IMG/VR virus record: IMGVR_UViG_3300044617_001156
Length of the DNA stretch: 64,000 nt
Direction: 5' to 3' (one strand)
DNA from: a virus
In this document: piece by piece, positions 26,115 to 36,352 of the stretch
How positions within the stretch are numbered: position 1 is the stretch's first letter
Layout: each line of letters begins with the position of its first letter
Notes under the pieces: generated by a model
What the model saw: the letters and a program-made list of their open reading frames with translations, nothing else
Told to the model about the DNA's origin: nothing
Databases searched by the model: none
Translations under genes and position numbers: made by a program

Positions 26115-26990
26115 ATGTCTTTTCAATTTGATACACTTCATATTTCCCATCAGTTAACCACTGGTATTGGTTATCCTGAATGTTTTGGACTTGATAGAAA
26201 AGTAATTAGAGGGTCTGTTTATTTGGATGGACCGACAATCATTGGTGATGAAAATACATTTAGAACTGTAGAAGCATCATTAATGATTGGCCCCTGCAAT
26301 AACACAGACTCTCCCATTCCCACATCATCATGTTTTGGAGGATTATCAATTTGTAATAAGAATATCATAGGTCCATATTCATTAGTAGTAAAAGCAGGTC
26401 CTCACGTTACAAGAAATGTAAGATGTGCTCCAGATGGCGCAGGTCCAGGAGATGTTGTAACAACTCCATCGACGGAATCTGCACTATTCGTTGGTAATGT
26501 TGATATTGTTGGATTTCATAAGGTTCAAAATGATATAGACGCGGGAGGTGATGTATACTCTAATTGTAGAAGACATAGATTGCGTAGTAAAAAGAACTTT
26601 GATATTCCTCACCCTTCAAAGGAAGGATGGAGACTTACTCACGCCTGCGTAGAAGGTCCTGAGGCTGCTGTTTATGTTAGAGGAAGAGTTAAGAACCAAA
26701 CAGAAATTCATCTTCCCGAATACTGGACAAATTTAGTAGATGAGAATACAATTACAGTTTCACTTACTCCTGTTGGTTCGCATCAGGATGTAATTGTTAA
26801 AAGAATTGGAGATAATAAAATCTATCTTCAATCAAAAGGCGGTATGCCGATAGATTGCTTCTATCATATCTTCGGTGAACGAATTGATACAGAAAAACTC
26901 ATTCCAGAATATAAGGGAACCATTGAAGATTATCCAGGAGATAATACTCAACGGTCCATTGCTGGATATACTTACGATACAAAGGAGTGA
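26115..26990 (+). CDS. Tail/baseplate protein with C-terminal chaperone-like domain
   Basis: KNFDIPHP...LTHACVEGPEAAVYVRG...LPEYW. Confidence 0.6.
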   Translation: MSFQFDTLHISHQLTTGIGYPECFGLDRKVIRGSVYLDGPTIIGDENTFRTVEASLMIGPCNNTDSPIPTSSCFGGLSICNKNIIGPYSLVVKAGPHVTRNVRCAPDGAGPGDVVTTPSTESALFVGNVDIVGFHKVQNDIDAGGDVYSNCRRHRLRSKKNFDIPHPSKEGWRLTHACVEGPEAAVYVRGRVKNQTEIHLPEYWTNLVDENTITVSLTPVGSHQDVIVKRIGDNKIYLQSKGGMPIDCFYHIFGERIDTEKLIPEYKGTIEDYPGDNTQRSIAGYTYDTKE

Positions 26991-26994
26991 TTGA

Positions 26995-27291
26995 ATGTCT
27001 AAAGCACAGATTTATACTGAATTAGATGATCCACAAGATATTGAGGACCTGGAACTTCAAAATCTTACAGTTTCTAGTAATATTGGAATAGGAATTACAA
27101 CTCCAACATCAAAACTTCACGTTGTTGGTAGCACTCTTATTACTGGAATATCAACGGTTGGATTAGGAACAACATCAACTCCACCATCTAACTCTCAATT
27201 CTCGTTTGAACTTACAAGTAATACAAATTTAAGAATTAAGGTTCGCGGTACTGACGGAGTGTTAAGATCTGCTAATATCACCCTCTCTTGA
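26995..27291 (+). CDS. Small tail-fibre-like protein
   Basis: NIGIGITTPTSKLHVVG motif. Confidence 0.6.
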   Translation: MSKAQIYTELDDPQDIEDLELQNLTVSSNIGIGITTPTSKLHVVGSTLITGISTVGLGTTSTPPSNSQFSFELTSNTNLRIKVRGTDGVLRSANITLS

Positions 27292-27316
27292 CGGGGACCC
27301 CAAAAGACCCTATAAT
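27288..27316 (+). promoter_or_regulatory. sigma70-like early promoter TTGACG-N17-TATAAT
   Basis: Hexamers at 27288-27293 and 27311-27316. Confidence 0.8.
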
Positions 27317-27340
27317 ACGAGGGTAATCAGGAAACCCCCA

Positions 27341-27523
27341 ATGCAAGACGAATTCCTTTCACGGTGCGTGGTTGACCCCATCAAGCGAACTGTTTACCTT
27401 TACTCCAGTGAAGGTTCCGAGAAGCAAGTGACCTGTGATACGGTGGATGAGTTTATGAATGTTCTGGAGTTCGTTCGTGCTACTGTGAGTGAGGATGTAC
27501 TCTCATACGCAAACCCACTCTGA
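27341..27523 (+). CDS. Conserved cyanophage hypothetical protein
   Basis: ORF track; directly downstream of the promoter. Confidence 0.75.
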   Translation: MQDEFLSRCVVDPIKRTVYLYSSEGSEKQVTCDTVDEFMNVLEFVRATVSEDVLSYANPL

Positions 27524-27529
27524 AGTTCT

Positions 27530-27733
27530 ATGAACCCTTATAAAATCAATTATAAGGTCCTCAAAGAGGAACCAAACAAGACAACTCCAGAGAATGTGAG
27601 AGAAGCAAATGAAAACTTGTTTCAAGCTAAGTGGAACCTACCACAGGCAGCGAAGCACTGTGGTATGAATGAAAAAGAGATGCGTCTTACGTTCTTTGAA
27701 TATGTAAAATACCATCCACCTACCTACAATTAA
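27530..27733 (+). CDS. Hypothetical protein
   Basis: KTTPENVREAN...NLPQAAKHCGM. Confidence 0.75.
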   Translation: MNPYKINYKVLKEEPNKTTPENVREANENLFQAKWNLPQAAKHCGMNEKEMRLTFFEYVKYHPPTYN

Positions 27734-27761
27734 ATAAATACACAAAGGTGGGACTAATTCT

Positions 27762-28031
27762 ATGAAGTATAGAATTGATGCTAGATACGTCTGGTATAAT
27801 AAAGGATCACAATTAGTCCTTATGTACTTCATAAATCAGATCCCCTTTACTTTTGATGATGTTCCTGATAGTCTTATGTACGATCTAGAACTTATTGAAC
27901 TAGCAGACAATGAAAGACGCTTTGAACCAGAAGACTTGTATAAGTCCTCATACTATCTGATAGCAGAGGAAGCACATCCAATGTTGTTCGACGTTGAACT
28001 GGAAAATCCAGAAATGTTGCCTGCTGATTAA
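27762..28031 (+). CDS. Hypothetical protein
   Basis: ORF track; preceded by TAAATA. Confidence 0.75.
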   Translation: MKYRIDARYVWYNKGSQLVLMYFINQIPFTFDDVPDSLMYDLELIELADNERRFEPEDLYKSSYYLIAEEAHPMLFDVELENPEMLPAD

Positions 28032-28036
28032 TTTTT

Positions 28037-28108
28037 GCCCTTGTAGCTCAGTGGTAGAGCAACGGTTTTGTAAACCGTCGGCCGTCTGTTCGAATCAGAT
28101 CGGGGGCT
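28037..28108 (+). tRNA. trnT: tRNA-Thr(UGU), CCA not encoded
   Basis: GCCCTTG/CGGGGGC acceptor stem, TAGCTCAGTGGTAGAGC D-arm, acggt-tt-TGT-aa-accgt anticodon arm, TTCGAAT T-loop. Confidence 0.93.
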
Positions 28109-28130
28109 CTGAGTTTCGCATAACTCCAAA

Positions 28131-28337
28131 ATGTCGCTAATTTCACAACGAGATAGAAAACTTGCTATCGAAGCATTAGAGCATTATCGTAATGATACTC
28201 TAATGAAAGTACAAGCATGTAAAGAACTTAAAGAACCATTTGATTTACCTGACGTTGAAGTCAATAATACCTTTATGATGGAACTTAATGCTCTTTTAAA
28301 TTGGATCAAATTGGAATATAGTAAGAATGAAAATTAA
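28131..28337 (+). CDS. Hypothetical protein
   Basis: MSLISQRDRKLAIEALE...ALLNWIKLE. Confidence 0.75.
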   Translation: MSLISQRDRKLAIEALEHYRNDTLMKVQACKELKEPFDLPDVEVNNTFMMELNALLNWIKLEYSKNEN

Positions 28338-28500
28338 TCTTTGGTATTGTGAGTCTATGAAGCAATGGCGATGGACTCTTACTGATAACTCTCACCCAAT
28401 TGTCAGGCAAGAATCAGGACAACGACCATTTCTTCGTGATGCAATGAATGATGTTGCAAACACCGTAGAATATATGTTAGAATGCAAACAAAGTGAGTAA
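28327..28500 (+). CDS. Hypothetical protein (57 aa, MKINLWYCESMKQWRWTL...)
   Basis: Hand-translated; overlaps the upstream stop. Confidence 0.7.
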   Translation: MKINLWYCESMKQWRWTLTDNSHPIVRQESGQRPFLRDAMNDVANTVEYMLECKQSE

Positions 28501-28591
28501 AGGTGGGCGGCAACTTGTGTCTTGGCGGATATAGTTGCATAAGTCCCACTTTTATGCTATAAATAGTAATAGTCAACGCCAAGACACGATG
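28500..28591 (+). promoter_or_regulatory. Structured leader and late promoter of the GIY-YIG gene
   Basis: gtgtcttggcg (28517-28527) is the exact reverse complement of cgccaagacac (28577-28587) next to ATG 28589; TATAAATA at 28558-28565 lies between them. Confidence 0.75.
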
Positions 28592-29156
28592 AACGAATAT
28601 TACACTTACGCATATCTGCGTGAAGACGGAACTCCTTACTATATTGGTAAGGGTAGAGGAAGAAGAGTTTATAAAAGTCATATTAGACAAAATAAAACGA
28701 ACTTAAAACCAAAAGATAATAATAAAATCATTTTCTTAAAGGAAAATATTACAGAAGAAGAGGCAAATAAACACGAAGTTTATATGATTTTTATTTTTGG
28801 TAGAAAAGACTTGGGAACGGGCATTCTTCGTAATATGACTAATGGTGGTGATGGAATATCTGGATATTCTCATACTGAAGAAACAAAAAAAACTTCTTTC
28901 CGAAAAAAACTCTAGGGAAAACAATGCTTGGTATGGTAAAAATCATACTGAAGAAACAAAAAGTAAAATGAGAGAGTCAAGTAAAAATAGAAAAAGAACT
29001 CCTCATAGTGAAGAAACAAAAAGAAAAATGAGAGAATCCGCCAAAAAATATTGGAAAGAAAAAGGTAGGGATATTTCTGGGGAGAATAATCCGTTTTATG
29101 GTAAATCTCATAGTGAAGAAACTAAGAAAAAAATAGGCGACAATGTTAGGAAATGA
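28589..29156 (+). pseudogene. GIY-YIG homing endonuclease with NUMOD3 repeats, split by a +1 frameshift in an A8 run (28885-28892)
   Basis: YYTYAY...PYYIGKG...RV...LRNMTNGGDG; HTEETK/HSEETK repeats continue in the next frame. Confidence 0.85.
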
Positions 29157-29174
29157 GTACAAATACTTAATTTT

Positions 29175-29816
29175 ATGAAAAGTGACTTCTATATAGAAAG
29201 AGTGAAAAAAAAGGAAGTTGAACCACTCCTTTTAACTTATCATTACCTTAAAGATGAAAGTAAATCATACAAGTCGGGTTTCAACTATGGGCTTTTTAGA
29301 TCCTCGGTTTCTGATATTCTTAGGGTTGGCGGTTGCCTGGGTTGCTGTATCTTTACTGGGATACCAACACCCGAAATAGCAGTAGGTGCCTTTGGATTAG
29401 AAAGAAACCAGCAAGAAGGAATATGCGAATTATCCAGACTTTGTGTACACCCAGATTTACAAAAAGAAGAATATAATATTACATCTTGGTTTGTTAGTCG
29501 TTGTATAAAGAGGTTTAAAAAAGATGCCCCAGTTCGTGCTGTTCTTAGTTACGCTGACGATAATCACCACTCTGGAATTATATACAGAGCTTGCAATTTT
29601 CAATACTATGGCCTGACTGATAAGAAATCAGACTTTTGGATTAAACAACCTGATGGGTCTTTCGTTAAGCACTCTAGAGGTCCTATAAGAGGACTAGAAG
29701 GTGAATGGAGACCCAGAAGTAGAAAGCATAGATACCTAATGGTATTCGATAAACAGTTGAAAGAGAAACTTAAGTGGGAAGAAGTTTCTTGGAAAACAGA
29801 AGAGAATGGTAGTTGA
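29175..29816 (+). CDS. Mom-like GNAT-fold DNA-modification protein
   Basis: YHYL...ELSRLC...SWFVSRCIK...LSYAD...HSGIIYRACNF.YYG...KHRY. Confidence 0.7.
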   Translation: MKSDFYIERVKKKEVEPLLLTYHYLKDESKSYKSGFNYGLFRSSVSDILRVGGCLGCCIFTGIPTPEIAVGAFGLERNQQEGICELSRLCVHPDLQKEEYNITSWFVSRCIKRFKKDAPVRAVLSYADDNHHSGIIYRACNFQYYGLTDKKSDFWIKQPDGSFVKHSRGPIRGLEGEWRPRSRKHRYLMVFDKQLKEKLKWEEVSWKTEENGS

Positions 29817-29853
29817 TAAATAAGTCATAAGGAACTTATGGTAAAATAAGAAG

Positions 29854-32800
29854 ATGGGTCTATCACGTCTTGATAACTTCTTAAAGTCAGTTAGGGGAAC
29901 GATACTTCACGTTAATCCAGATAGTTTAGATGCTACTGATAGCATAGAGAACACTGGAAGTTCGCCTCTGCGTCCCTTCAAAACAATTCAACGTGCTGTC
30001 GCAGAGGCAGTTAGGTACTCATACCAAAGTGGAAAAGATAACGATAGGTTTGATAGAACTACTATTCTATTATATCCAGGAGAGCACGTTGTTGATAATC
30101 GTCCGGGGTATATTCCAGACGGAGTAGGAACCTTCAAACTCAGAAGTGGTGAGACTGTATCAGACTTTGGTGAATGGGATAATATTACTAACTTTGACCT
30201 TACTAGTCCTAATAATGCATTATATAAGTTAAACTCAGTTCATGGTGGTGTAATTCTTCCCAGAGGTGTGTCTATTGTAGGTCAAGACCTCAGAAAGACA
30301 ACCGTCAGACCTCTATATGTTCCAAATCCAGTCAATGATAACATTGAAACATCAGCAGTCTTTAGAGTAACTGGTGGATGTTTCGTTTATGGATTTACTA
30401 TTTTTGACGCAGACCCAAATGGTATTTGCTATAAGGATTATACGAAGAACATCTTCATTCCTAACTTCTCACACCATAAACTCAACGTATTTGAATATGC
30501 TGATGGTGTAAATGACGTAAGTATTGCTGATGATTTCCTTACTTATAGTTCCACCAGAACTGACCTGGAGATGTTCTATGAGAAGGTAGGAATTGCTTAT
30601 GGTCCTTCAAGTGGAAGACCCATTGATAATGATTATCCTTCAGCAAACGTTGATATTGAACCTGTTGTTGATGAATTCAGAATTGTTGCCTCTAGAGGAA
30701 GACAAATTGGTATCAGTAGTATCTTTGCTGGAGACAGTGTTGTCTCAAGTACTACAATCACCGTAACTCTTTCTGAAAGTGTTGGCGATATCAGCACTGA
30801 TACTCCAATTGAAATTCAAGGTATTGCCGTATCTGGATATGATGGAAACTATGTTGTAAGTGCTGTACCAAACTCCACAACAATTCAATATAGCGTTCAA
30901 AATTCTCCCATAAATCCCGCACCATCTTCAGCAGGAGCAACAGTCAATATTGTTGTTGATAGTGTAACTTCATCCTCTCCATATATCTTTAACTGTACTC
31001 TACGTTCAGTTTATGGTATGTGCGGTCTTCTTGCCGATGGTGATAAGGCCACTGGATTTAAGAGCATGATGGTTGCTCAATTCACTGGTATTGGACTGCA
31101 GAAAGATACCAATGCCTTTGTAAAGTATGATGAGGATGCTGGTGTTTATTTGGATAACACCGAAATCGCAAATCTACAAAGTGATAGTAGAGCAATTTAT
31201 AAACCAGAATATGAGAACTATCATATTAAAGCAACCAATGATGCTTTCTTACAATTAGTTTCTATCTTCTCTATTGGTTTCGCTCAACATTTTCTTGCTG
31301 AGAATGGTGGTGACTTCTCAATTACCAACTCAAACTCTAACTTTGGTGCGAAAGCATTAGTATCCAAAGGATTTAGAGATGATGCGTTCTCTAGAGATAA
31401 TCAAGGATACATTACTCATATTATCAATCCAAAAGAACTTGATACTGAAGAAACAACTGTTGAATTCTTACCAATTGATGTTGCCGCAACCATTAGTGTA
31501 GGTAACACCAGTCGTCTTTATATTTACGGTCATCAAACTGCGGGGAATATTCCAAATAACGTTCTAGATGGTTACCGTATTGGTGCAAAAGAAGGAGACG
31601 AACTCTACGTTCAAGTAGCACAGGGTGGCGTAACAAACACCTATTCGGCAAAGATTGTAATGCCGAATACTGCATATACAACTCGCGCATCAGCAGAAAA
31701 GTCTTTTATTGTTGGTACTAATGTTTCTGGTATTAACAGTATTGGTGTAAGTGGTGTTAATATCCTTGACTTAACCTCAGCACATACATTCGTTAGTGGT
31801 GAGAATGTAAAGGTCATTAGTGAAAATGGAAGTCTTCCTGACGGTATTGACGCGAGTAAGTTATATTATGTAATCGCATCAGATATTGACGGTACTTTAA
31901 CATCTACTCAGATTAAACTCGCACAAACTGAAACGAATGCAATTAATAATCAAGCACTCACTCTCAATAATAGTGGTGGAAAACTTCATGTTGTAAGTAA
32001 AGTCATCTATAAAGCAAGTGGTGATTACGGCCACCCAATTCAAAGTGATAGTGTAAGTGGTGGTTGGTATTTAACTGTTTCTGGAATTGGAACTGAGAAC
32101 AACATTTACTCTACAATTGTTGGTCTTGGAACTACTGGTCTTGGTGAAGCAACATCAAGAACCTATATTATGAGAAGACAGGATGACCGTAAGTTAGATG
32201 ATAAGATTTATAAAGTTCGTTATGTAATTCCAAAGGATAGTTCTACAGTCGCACGTCCTCCACTGGAAGGATATGTAATTCAAGAAGCAAATAGTGGAAT
32301 TGGTACTGGTACTGCTGAAATTCAGAAGTATTTTGCTTCTTCAGCAACTCTTCTAAATTCTACAGAACTCAGAAACTTCAATTTCATTGCTGGAGCAACT
32401 TGGAGTTCAAATGCTGTAACCGTTACAACTGAACTTCCACATTACCTCTCCGTTGGTTCTGAAGTTATAATTCAGAACGTTACTCCAACAGGATATAATG
32501 GTACTTATACTGTTACAAGCACTCCAACATCCAGACAATTTACTTATGCTCTGACTACAAACCCTGGTGTTTTTGCTACAAATACAGTAGTACGTAACTC
32601 AGACCTACCAAGATTTACACGTAAGAGATATAACGACACCTATTACATTTACAGAACTGAAGAAGTTCATGAGTACATACCAAACGTTCAAGATGGTGTA
32701 TATCATCTCACCATCTTAAACTCATCAAACTCACCTTCTGTTGCTCCATTCACTAATCAGAAGTTCTCTCAACCAGTTCAAAATCTCTACCCACAACTGA

Positions 32801-35800
32801 ATAGAGATAATCCAGATACTAATCCTGAGGCTTCTACTTCTTTTGCTATATCATCACCAGTCGGTCAAGTTGTTATTAATGACCCCGAAAGGTCAATTAC
32901 TAGAGAAGCACTACAAAAGAACCTTTCTGATAATTACGTTGGTGCTGGACTTACTAACATTGTATCCTCAAGTGCTACCGTACATACAATCTATACCAAT
33001 AAGGATCATGAGTTTGCTGGTATTGGTACAATTACACTTACTACCACAGGAAGTAATTATCTAGAAGGTACTTATTATGGTGTTGGATTAACTGGAGGAA
33101 GTGGTTCTTCAGCAAGTGCTAAAGTTACAGTCAATGCAAGTGGAAATGTAACTGCGGTTTCAATTATGTATCCTGGTGGTGGTTATGTCGCATCAGATAC
33201 TCTTTCTGTTGTACCACCTGTTGGTGTTGGAACCACTGCTGGATTTGCACCAGCAACCATTACCGTAAGTTCTATTCGCAATAGTGTTGGTGAAGTCATT
33301 CGTGTCTATGGAGTTTCCAACAAGCAATATGAGAACTATAATACTCACTACAGAATTACTGCAGTCAATGGACCAAAGCAACTGAGTGTTGTTTCTAGTT
33401 CTACAGTAAGTGGATTTACTGGAACTGGTATTGGAGCAACTGCTACTGCTGACGCATCTTATATTCTTGCTGGAAGAAGTGTTGGTGTTTCAAGTGTTGT
33501 CTATAATGCTTCTACTGGAACCGCAACTCTTGGTTTCTCAACCAGTCACGGATTTAGAGTTAATCAGAAGATTATTCTCTCTGGAGCAACTGATAACTTC
33601 TTTAATGGTGAGTTCATTGTTTCTAATGTAACTAGCGTAACATCAGCAGCCATTAACACTGGTGTTTCTACAACAACTCCTGTTACCACTGGAACAATTG
33701 TCGCTCATAGAGCAGTTCTAAGTTCTTCTGCTGGAGAAGACCCCACAAATGAGAATAGAAGTGGTAGATTGTCTTATGAGTATGCTGGCATTACTACCGT
33801 CTCAGGTTCTGTTCTGAACTACAATGCACCAGACAACACTACAATTACAATTCCAAATGCCGTTTCTCTTGGATTAAAACTAGGTGATTATCTACTGATT
33901 GATGATGAAATCTTTAGAATTCGTGCTACTGTTGCCGGAAATACCATTAGTATCTTCAGAACTCTCTTTGGTACTCCAAGACAAACGCACCCAATTAATT
34001 CAGTTGTACGCACTATTCACGTACATCCTATTGAATTCCGCAGAAACTCAATCATTCGTGCCTCAGGTCATACCTTCGAATATCTTGGTTTTGGTCCCGG
34101 TAACTATTCATCAGCACTTCCAGATAGACAAGACCGCATTCTAAGTCCTGCTGAAGAAATTCTATCACAATCCACCAAGTATGATGGTGGTGCGATCGTA
34201 TTCTCTGGAATGAATAATGATGGAGATTTCTATACTGGTAATAAGATTATCAAGTCTTCTACAGGTCAAGAAGAGATTTATGATTCGCCAATTCCTTCTG
34301 TCTCCGGTGAAGAAGATTTAAGTGGAAGTATCACATCCGAAATCATTTCTTCTTCTGACTTGTTTATCTTCCGCTCACTCAAAGTTGAAGGCGGCGGCGA
34401 TAAGAACTTAATCAGTGAGTTCTCTGGTCCTGTCGTATTTAATAATAAAGTCACTTCAAGCAATGGAATTGAAGCAAGAGACCTATACTTACAAGGCGAA
34501 AATGAAGTCTCAAGAAAGTTCAGTGTAGCAGATGATAAACCAACTTATGCTGGAAACTATGGTGATGTTGTTTGGAATGCTATACCTCAAGAGGATAGTT
34601 CGAGTGGTTGGATTTATACCATCAATAACGAATGGTTACCTTTTGGTAAAGTTGGTAATACTAAGATTGGTGTTTCCACCGGAACATTCAATACTTATGT
34701 TGGACTTGCAACTCAACTGAACTTCGATGCATATGGAATTGATTTCGTTGCAACTTTAGGTAATACTGGACTTGCAACAGTTTTTCTTGATACAACACCT
34801 ATTTTCGATGCAATTCAAGCAGTTGGCGTAGGAACTACAGCATCTATCGTATATCTTGATGATATTTCCCCTTCTTTCAACGGCATCACAACTTCATTCC
34901 CACTTTCTGTGGGCGGAACTTCTTACACTCCAGCAAGCAGCAATCAATTATTAATTGCTCTTAGTGGTATAGTTCAACTACCATCCAGAAGTTTCAATAT
35001 TTCTGGGTCAAATATTATCTTCAATCATCCGCCAAATTCTACTTTAGAATTCTATGGAATTGCATATGGTGGTTCAACGACTTTTGTAAGCAGTCCAGGT
35101 CTACCAAATAAATCAGTACAGTATAATAATGGTGGAAGATTTGCAGGGGTTCCATCTCTAATTTACAATGATATTGGAAATACTTTAGAACTTTCCGGGT
35201 CTTCTTCAGGAACACTTTTAGATATCAATCAGTCAGGTGGAGGACATGCTCTAACTGTTGAAGATTTCTGCATCGCAGGTACTGGTTATGTGGGTCTTGG
35301 TTCTACTGCACCAGCTGCAAAACTTGATATCTTTGCTCCATCCCAAGAAGCAATAAGAATTCGTTCTTCTAGTGGTACTGGAAATATTATTACTATTGAA
35401 AAACAACCTAATGATACTCAACCTATTATCTTTGACGCTCAAGGTAATCTAGGTATTAATACATCATTTGCTTCTGAAAAATTTGAAGTTCTAGGTAATG
35501 CTAAAGTTCATGGTGCTCTTCGTATAACTGATACCACCACACCTTATTACATAGGCATCCAAGCACCCGTTCTTGAAAGAAATTACAACTACATCCTACC
35601 AAATTCTTATGGAACAAATGGTCAGGTTCTAGTATCTAATGGTGTTGGTGGTCTCAGTTGGACCAACAACGGTGGAATGACCAGTAGTAATATTGCTGCT
35701 GGCGCTGGAATAAGTGTTAGTTATGCTACTGTTGATGGACAGACAGTGGCAACTATCAGCAACTCTGGAGTTTCTGGAATTGTTGCTGGTGCTGGTATAA

Positions 35801-35910
35801 CAATAAGTCCAGCAGGCGGAACTGGAACTGTTACAATTAGTGCAACTGGTTCTGGTTCTGCTGCTGGACCTTATCCATTCACCACTCGCGGATTTAGTAT
35901 TCCTATCTGA
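29854..35910 (+). CDS. Very large virion structural / tail-fibre protein (2018 aa)
   Basis: MGLSRLDNFLK...RPFKTIQRA N-terminus typical of cyanomyovirus structural proteins; S/T/G-rich beta-strand repeats. Confidence 0.85.
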   Translation: MGLSRLDNFLKSVRGTILHVNPDSLDATDSIENTGSSPLRPFKTIQRAVAEAVRYSYQSGKDNDRFDRTTILLYPGEHVVDNRPGYIPDGVGTFKLRSGETVSDFGEWDNITNFDLTSPNNALYKLNSVHGGVILPRGVSIVGQDLRKTTVRPLYVPNPVNDNIETSAVFRVTGGCFVYGFTIFDADPNGICYKDYTKNIFIPNFSHHKLNVFEYADGVNDVSIADDFLTYSSTRTDLEMFYEKVGIAYGPSSGRPIDNDYPSANVDIEPVVDEFRIVASRGRQIGISSIFAGDSVVSSTTITVTLSESVGDISTDTPIEIQGIAVSGYDGNYVVSAVPNSTTIQYSVQNSPINPAPSSAGATVNIVVDSVTSSSPYIFNCTLRSVYGMCGLLADGDKATGFKSMMVAQFTGIGLQKDTNAFVKYDEDAGVYLDNTEIANLQSDSRAIYKPEYENYHIKATNDAFLQLVSIFSIGFAQHFLAENGGDFSITNSNSNFGAKALVSKGFRDDAFSRDNQGYITHIINPKELDTEETTVEFLPIDVAATISVGNTSRLYIYGHQTAGNIPNNVLDGYRIGAKEGDELYVQVAQGGVTNTYSAKIVMPNTAYTTRASAEKSFIVGTNVSGINSIGVSGVNILDLTSAHTFVSGENVKVISENGSLPDGIDASKLYYVIASDIDGTLTSTQIKLAQTETNAINNQALTLNNSGGKLHVVSKVIYKASGDYGHPIQSDSVSGGWYLTVSGIGTENNIYSTIVGLGTTGLGEATSRTYIMRRQDDRKLDDKIYKVRYVIPKDSSTVARPPLEGYVIQEANSGIGTGTAEIQKYFASSATLLNSTELRNFNFIAGATWSSNAVTVTTELPHYLSVGSEVIIQNVTPTGYNGTYTVTSTPTSRQFTYALTTNPGVFATNTVVRNSDLPRFTRKRYNDTYYIYRTEEVHEYIPNVQDGVYHLTILNSSNSPSVAPFTNQKFSQPVQNLYPQLNRDNPDTNPEASTSFAISSPVGQVVINDPERSITREALQKNLSDNYVGAGLTNIVSSSATVHTIYTNKDHEFAGIGTITLTTTGSNYLEGTYYGVGLTGGSGSSASAKVTVNASGNVTAVSIMYPGGGYVASDTLSVVPPVGVGTTAGFAPATITVSSIRNSVGEVIRVYGVSNKQYENYNTHYRITAVNGPKQLSVVSSSTVSGFTGTGIGATATADASYILAGRSVGVSSVVYNASTGTATLGFSTSHGFRVNQKIILSGATDNFFNGEFIVSNVTSVTSAAINTGVSTTTPVTTGTIVAHRAVLSSSAGEDPTNENRSGRLSYEYAGITTVSGSVLNYNAPDNTTITIPNAVSLGLKLGDYLLIDDEIFRIRATVAGNTISIFRTLFGTPRQTHPINSVVRTIHVHPIEFRRNSIIRASGHTFEYLGFGPGNYSSALPDRQDRILSPAEEILSQSTKYDGGAIVFSGMNNDGDFYTGNKIIKSSTGQEEIYDSPIPSVSGEEDLSGSITSEIISSSDLFIFRSLKVEGGGDKNLISEFSGPVVFNNKVTSSNGIEARDLYLQGENEVSRKFSVADDKPTYAGNYGDVVWNAIPQEDSSSGWIYTINNEWLPFGKVGNTKIGVSTGTFNTYVGLATQLNFDAYGIDFVATLGNTGLATVFLDTTPIFDAIQAVGVGTTASIVYLDDISPSFNGITTSFPLSVGGTSYTPASSNQLLIALSGIVQLPSRSFNISGSNIIFNHPPNSTLEFYGIAYGGSTTFVSSPGLPNKSVQYNNGGRFAGVPSLIYNDIGNTLELSGSSSGTLLDINQSGGGHALTVEDFCIAGTGYVGLGSTAPAAKLDIFAPSQEAIRIRSSSGTGNIITIEKQPNDTQPIIFDAQGNLGINTSFASEKFEVLGNAKVHGALRITDTTTPYYIGIQAPVLERNYNYILPNSYGTNGQVLVSNGVGGLSWTNNGGMTSSNIAAGAGISVSYATVDGQTVATISNSGVSGIVAGAGITISPAGGTGTVTISATGSGSAAGPYPFTTRGFSIPI

Positions 35911-36270
35911 TTAACCTGCTTCGGGGATGACTACGATATTAAATGCGCCACAATTAGCAAAAAAAGTCTGACCCGGAGCAATCATCAATTCGGTTGGTAG
36001 TGCTTCGGCAAGATTTTCAGGCCCTCCTAGTGCATTATTTGCAGTAGAAGAAGAGCTATTAAATGAACTAGTATCTGAATTATAATATGCTAAGTTTCTA
36101 CCAATCGCCAATAATCCTCTGGTTATTACGCTCGCCCCAGACCAAGATATCTGTATATTTGGAATAGTAGGACTATTAGCAGCCATATAATTAATCACAA
36201 TTCTCACATTCTGTCCTGTGTTATTTGTATAAGTTACCACACCAGTACCACTTAATACCTGAGAAGCCAT
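35911..36270 (-). CDS. Hypothetical protein (likely structural)
   Basis: ORF track; late-type ATAAATA on the minus strand near 36295. Confidence 0.75.
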   Translation of the reverse strand: MASQVLSGTGVVTYTNNTGQNVRIVINYMAANSPTIPNIQISWSGASVITRGLLAIGRNLAYYNSDTSSFNSSSSTANNALGGPENLAEALPTELMIAPGQTFFANCGAFNIVVIPEAG

Positions 36271-36352
36271 ATTTACCCTTGAAATACTTTTTTATATTTA
36301 TTAATTCATAAATAAGTAAAAAGGGTGGATAGTGAAACCCTAGGAGAAAGCC

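Noticed and set aside
28500-28555. Second tRNA
   Set aside because: No T-loop or cloverleaf; better explained as the endonuclease leader.
28885-28892. Programmed -1 frameshift rescuing the GIY-YIG gene
   Set aside because: The downstream half is in the +1 frame; a -1 shift on A AAA AAA would not reach it.
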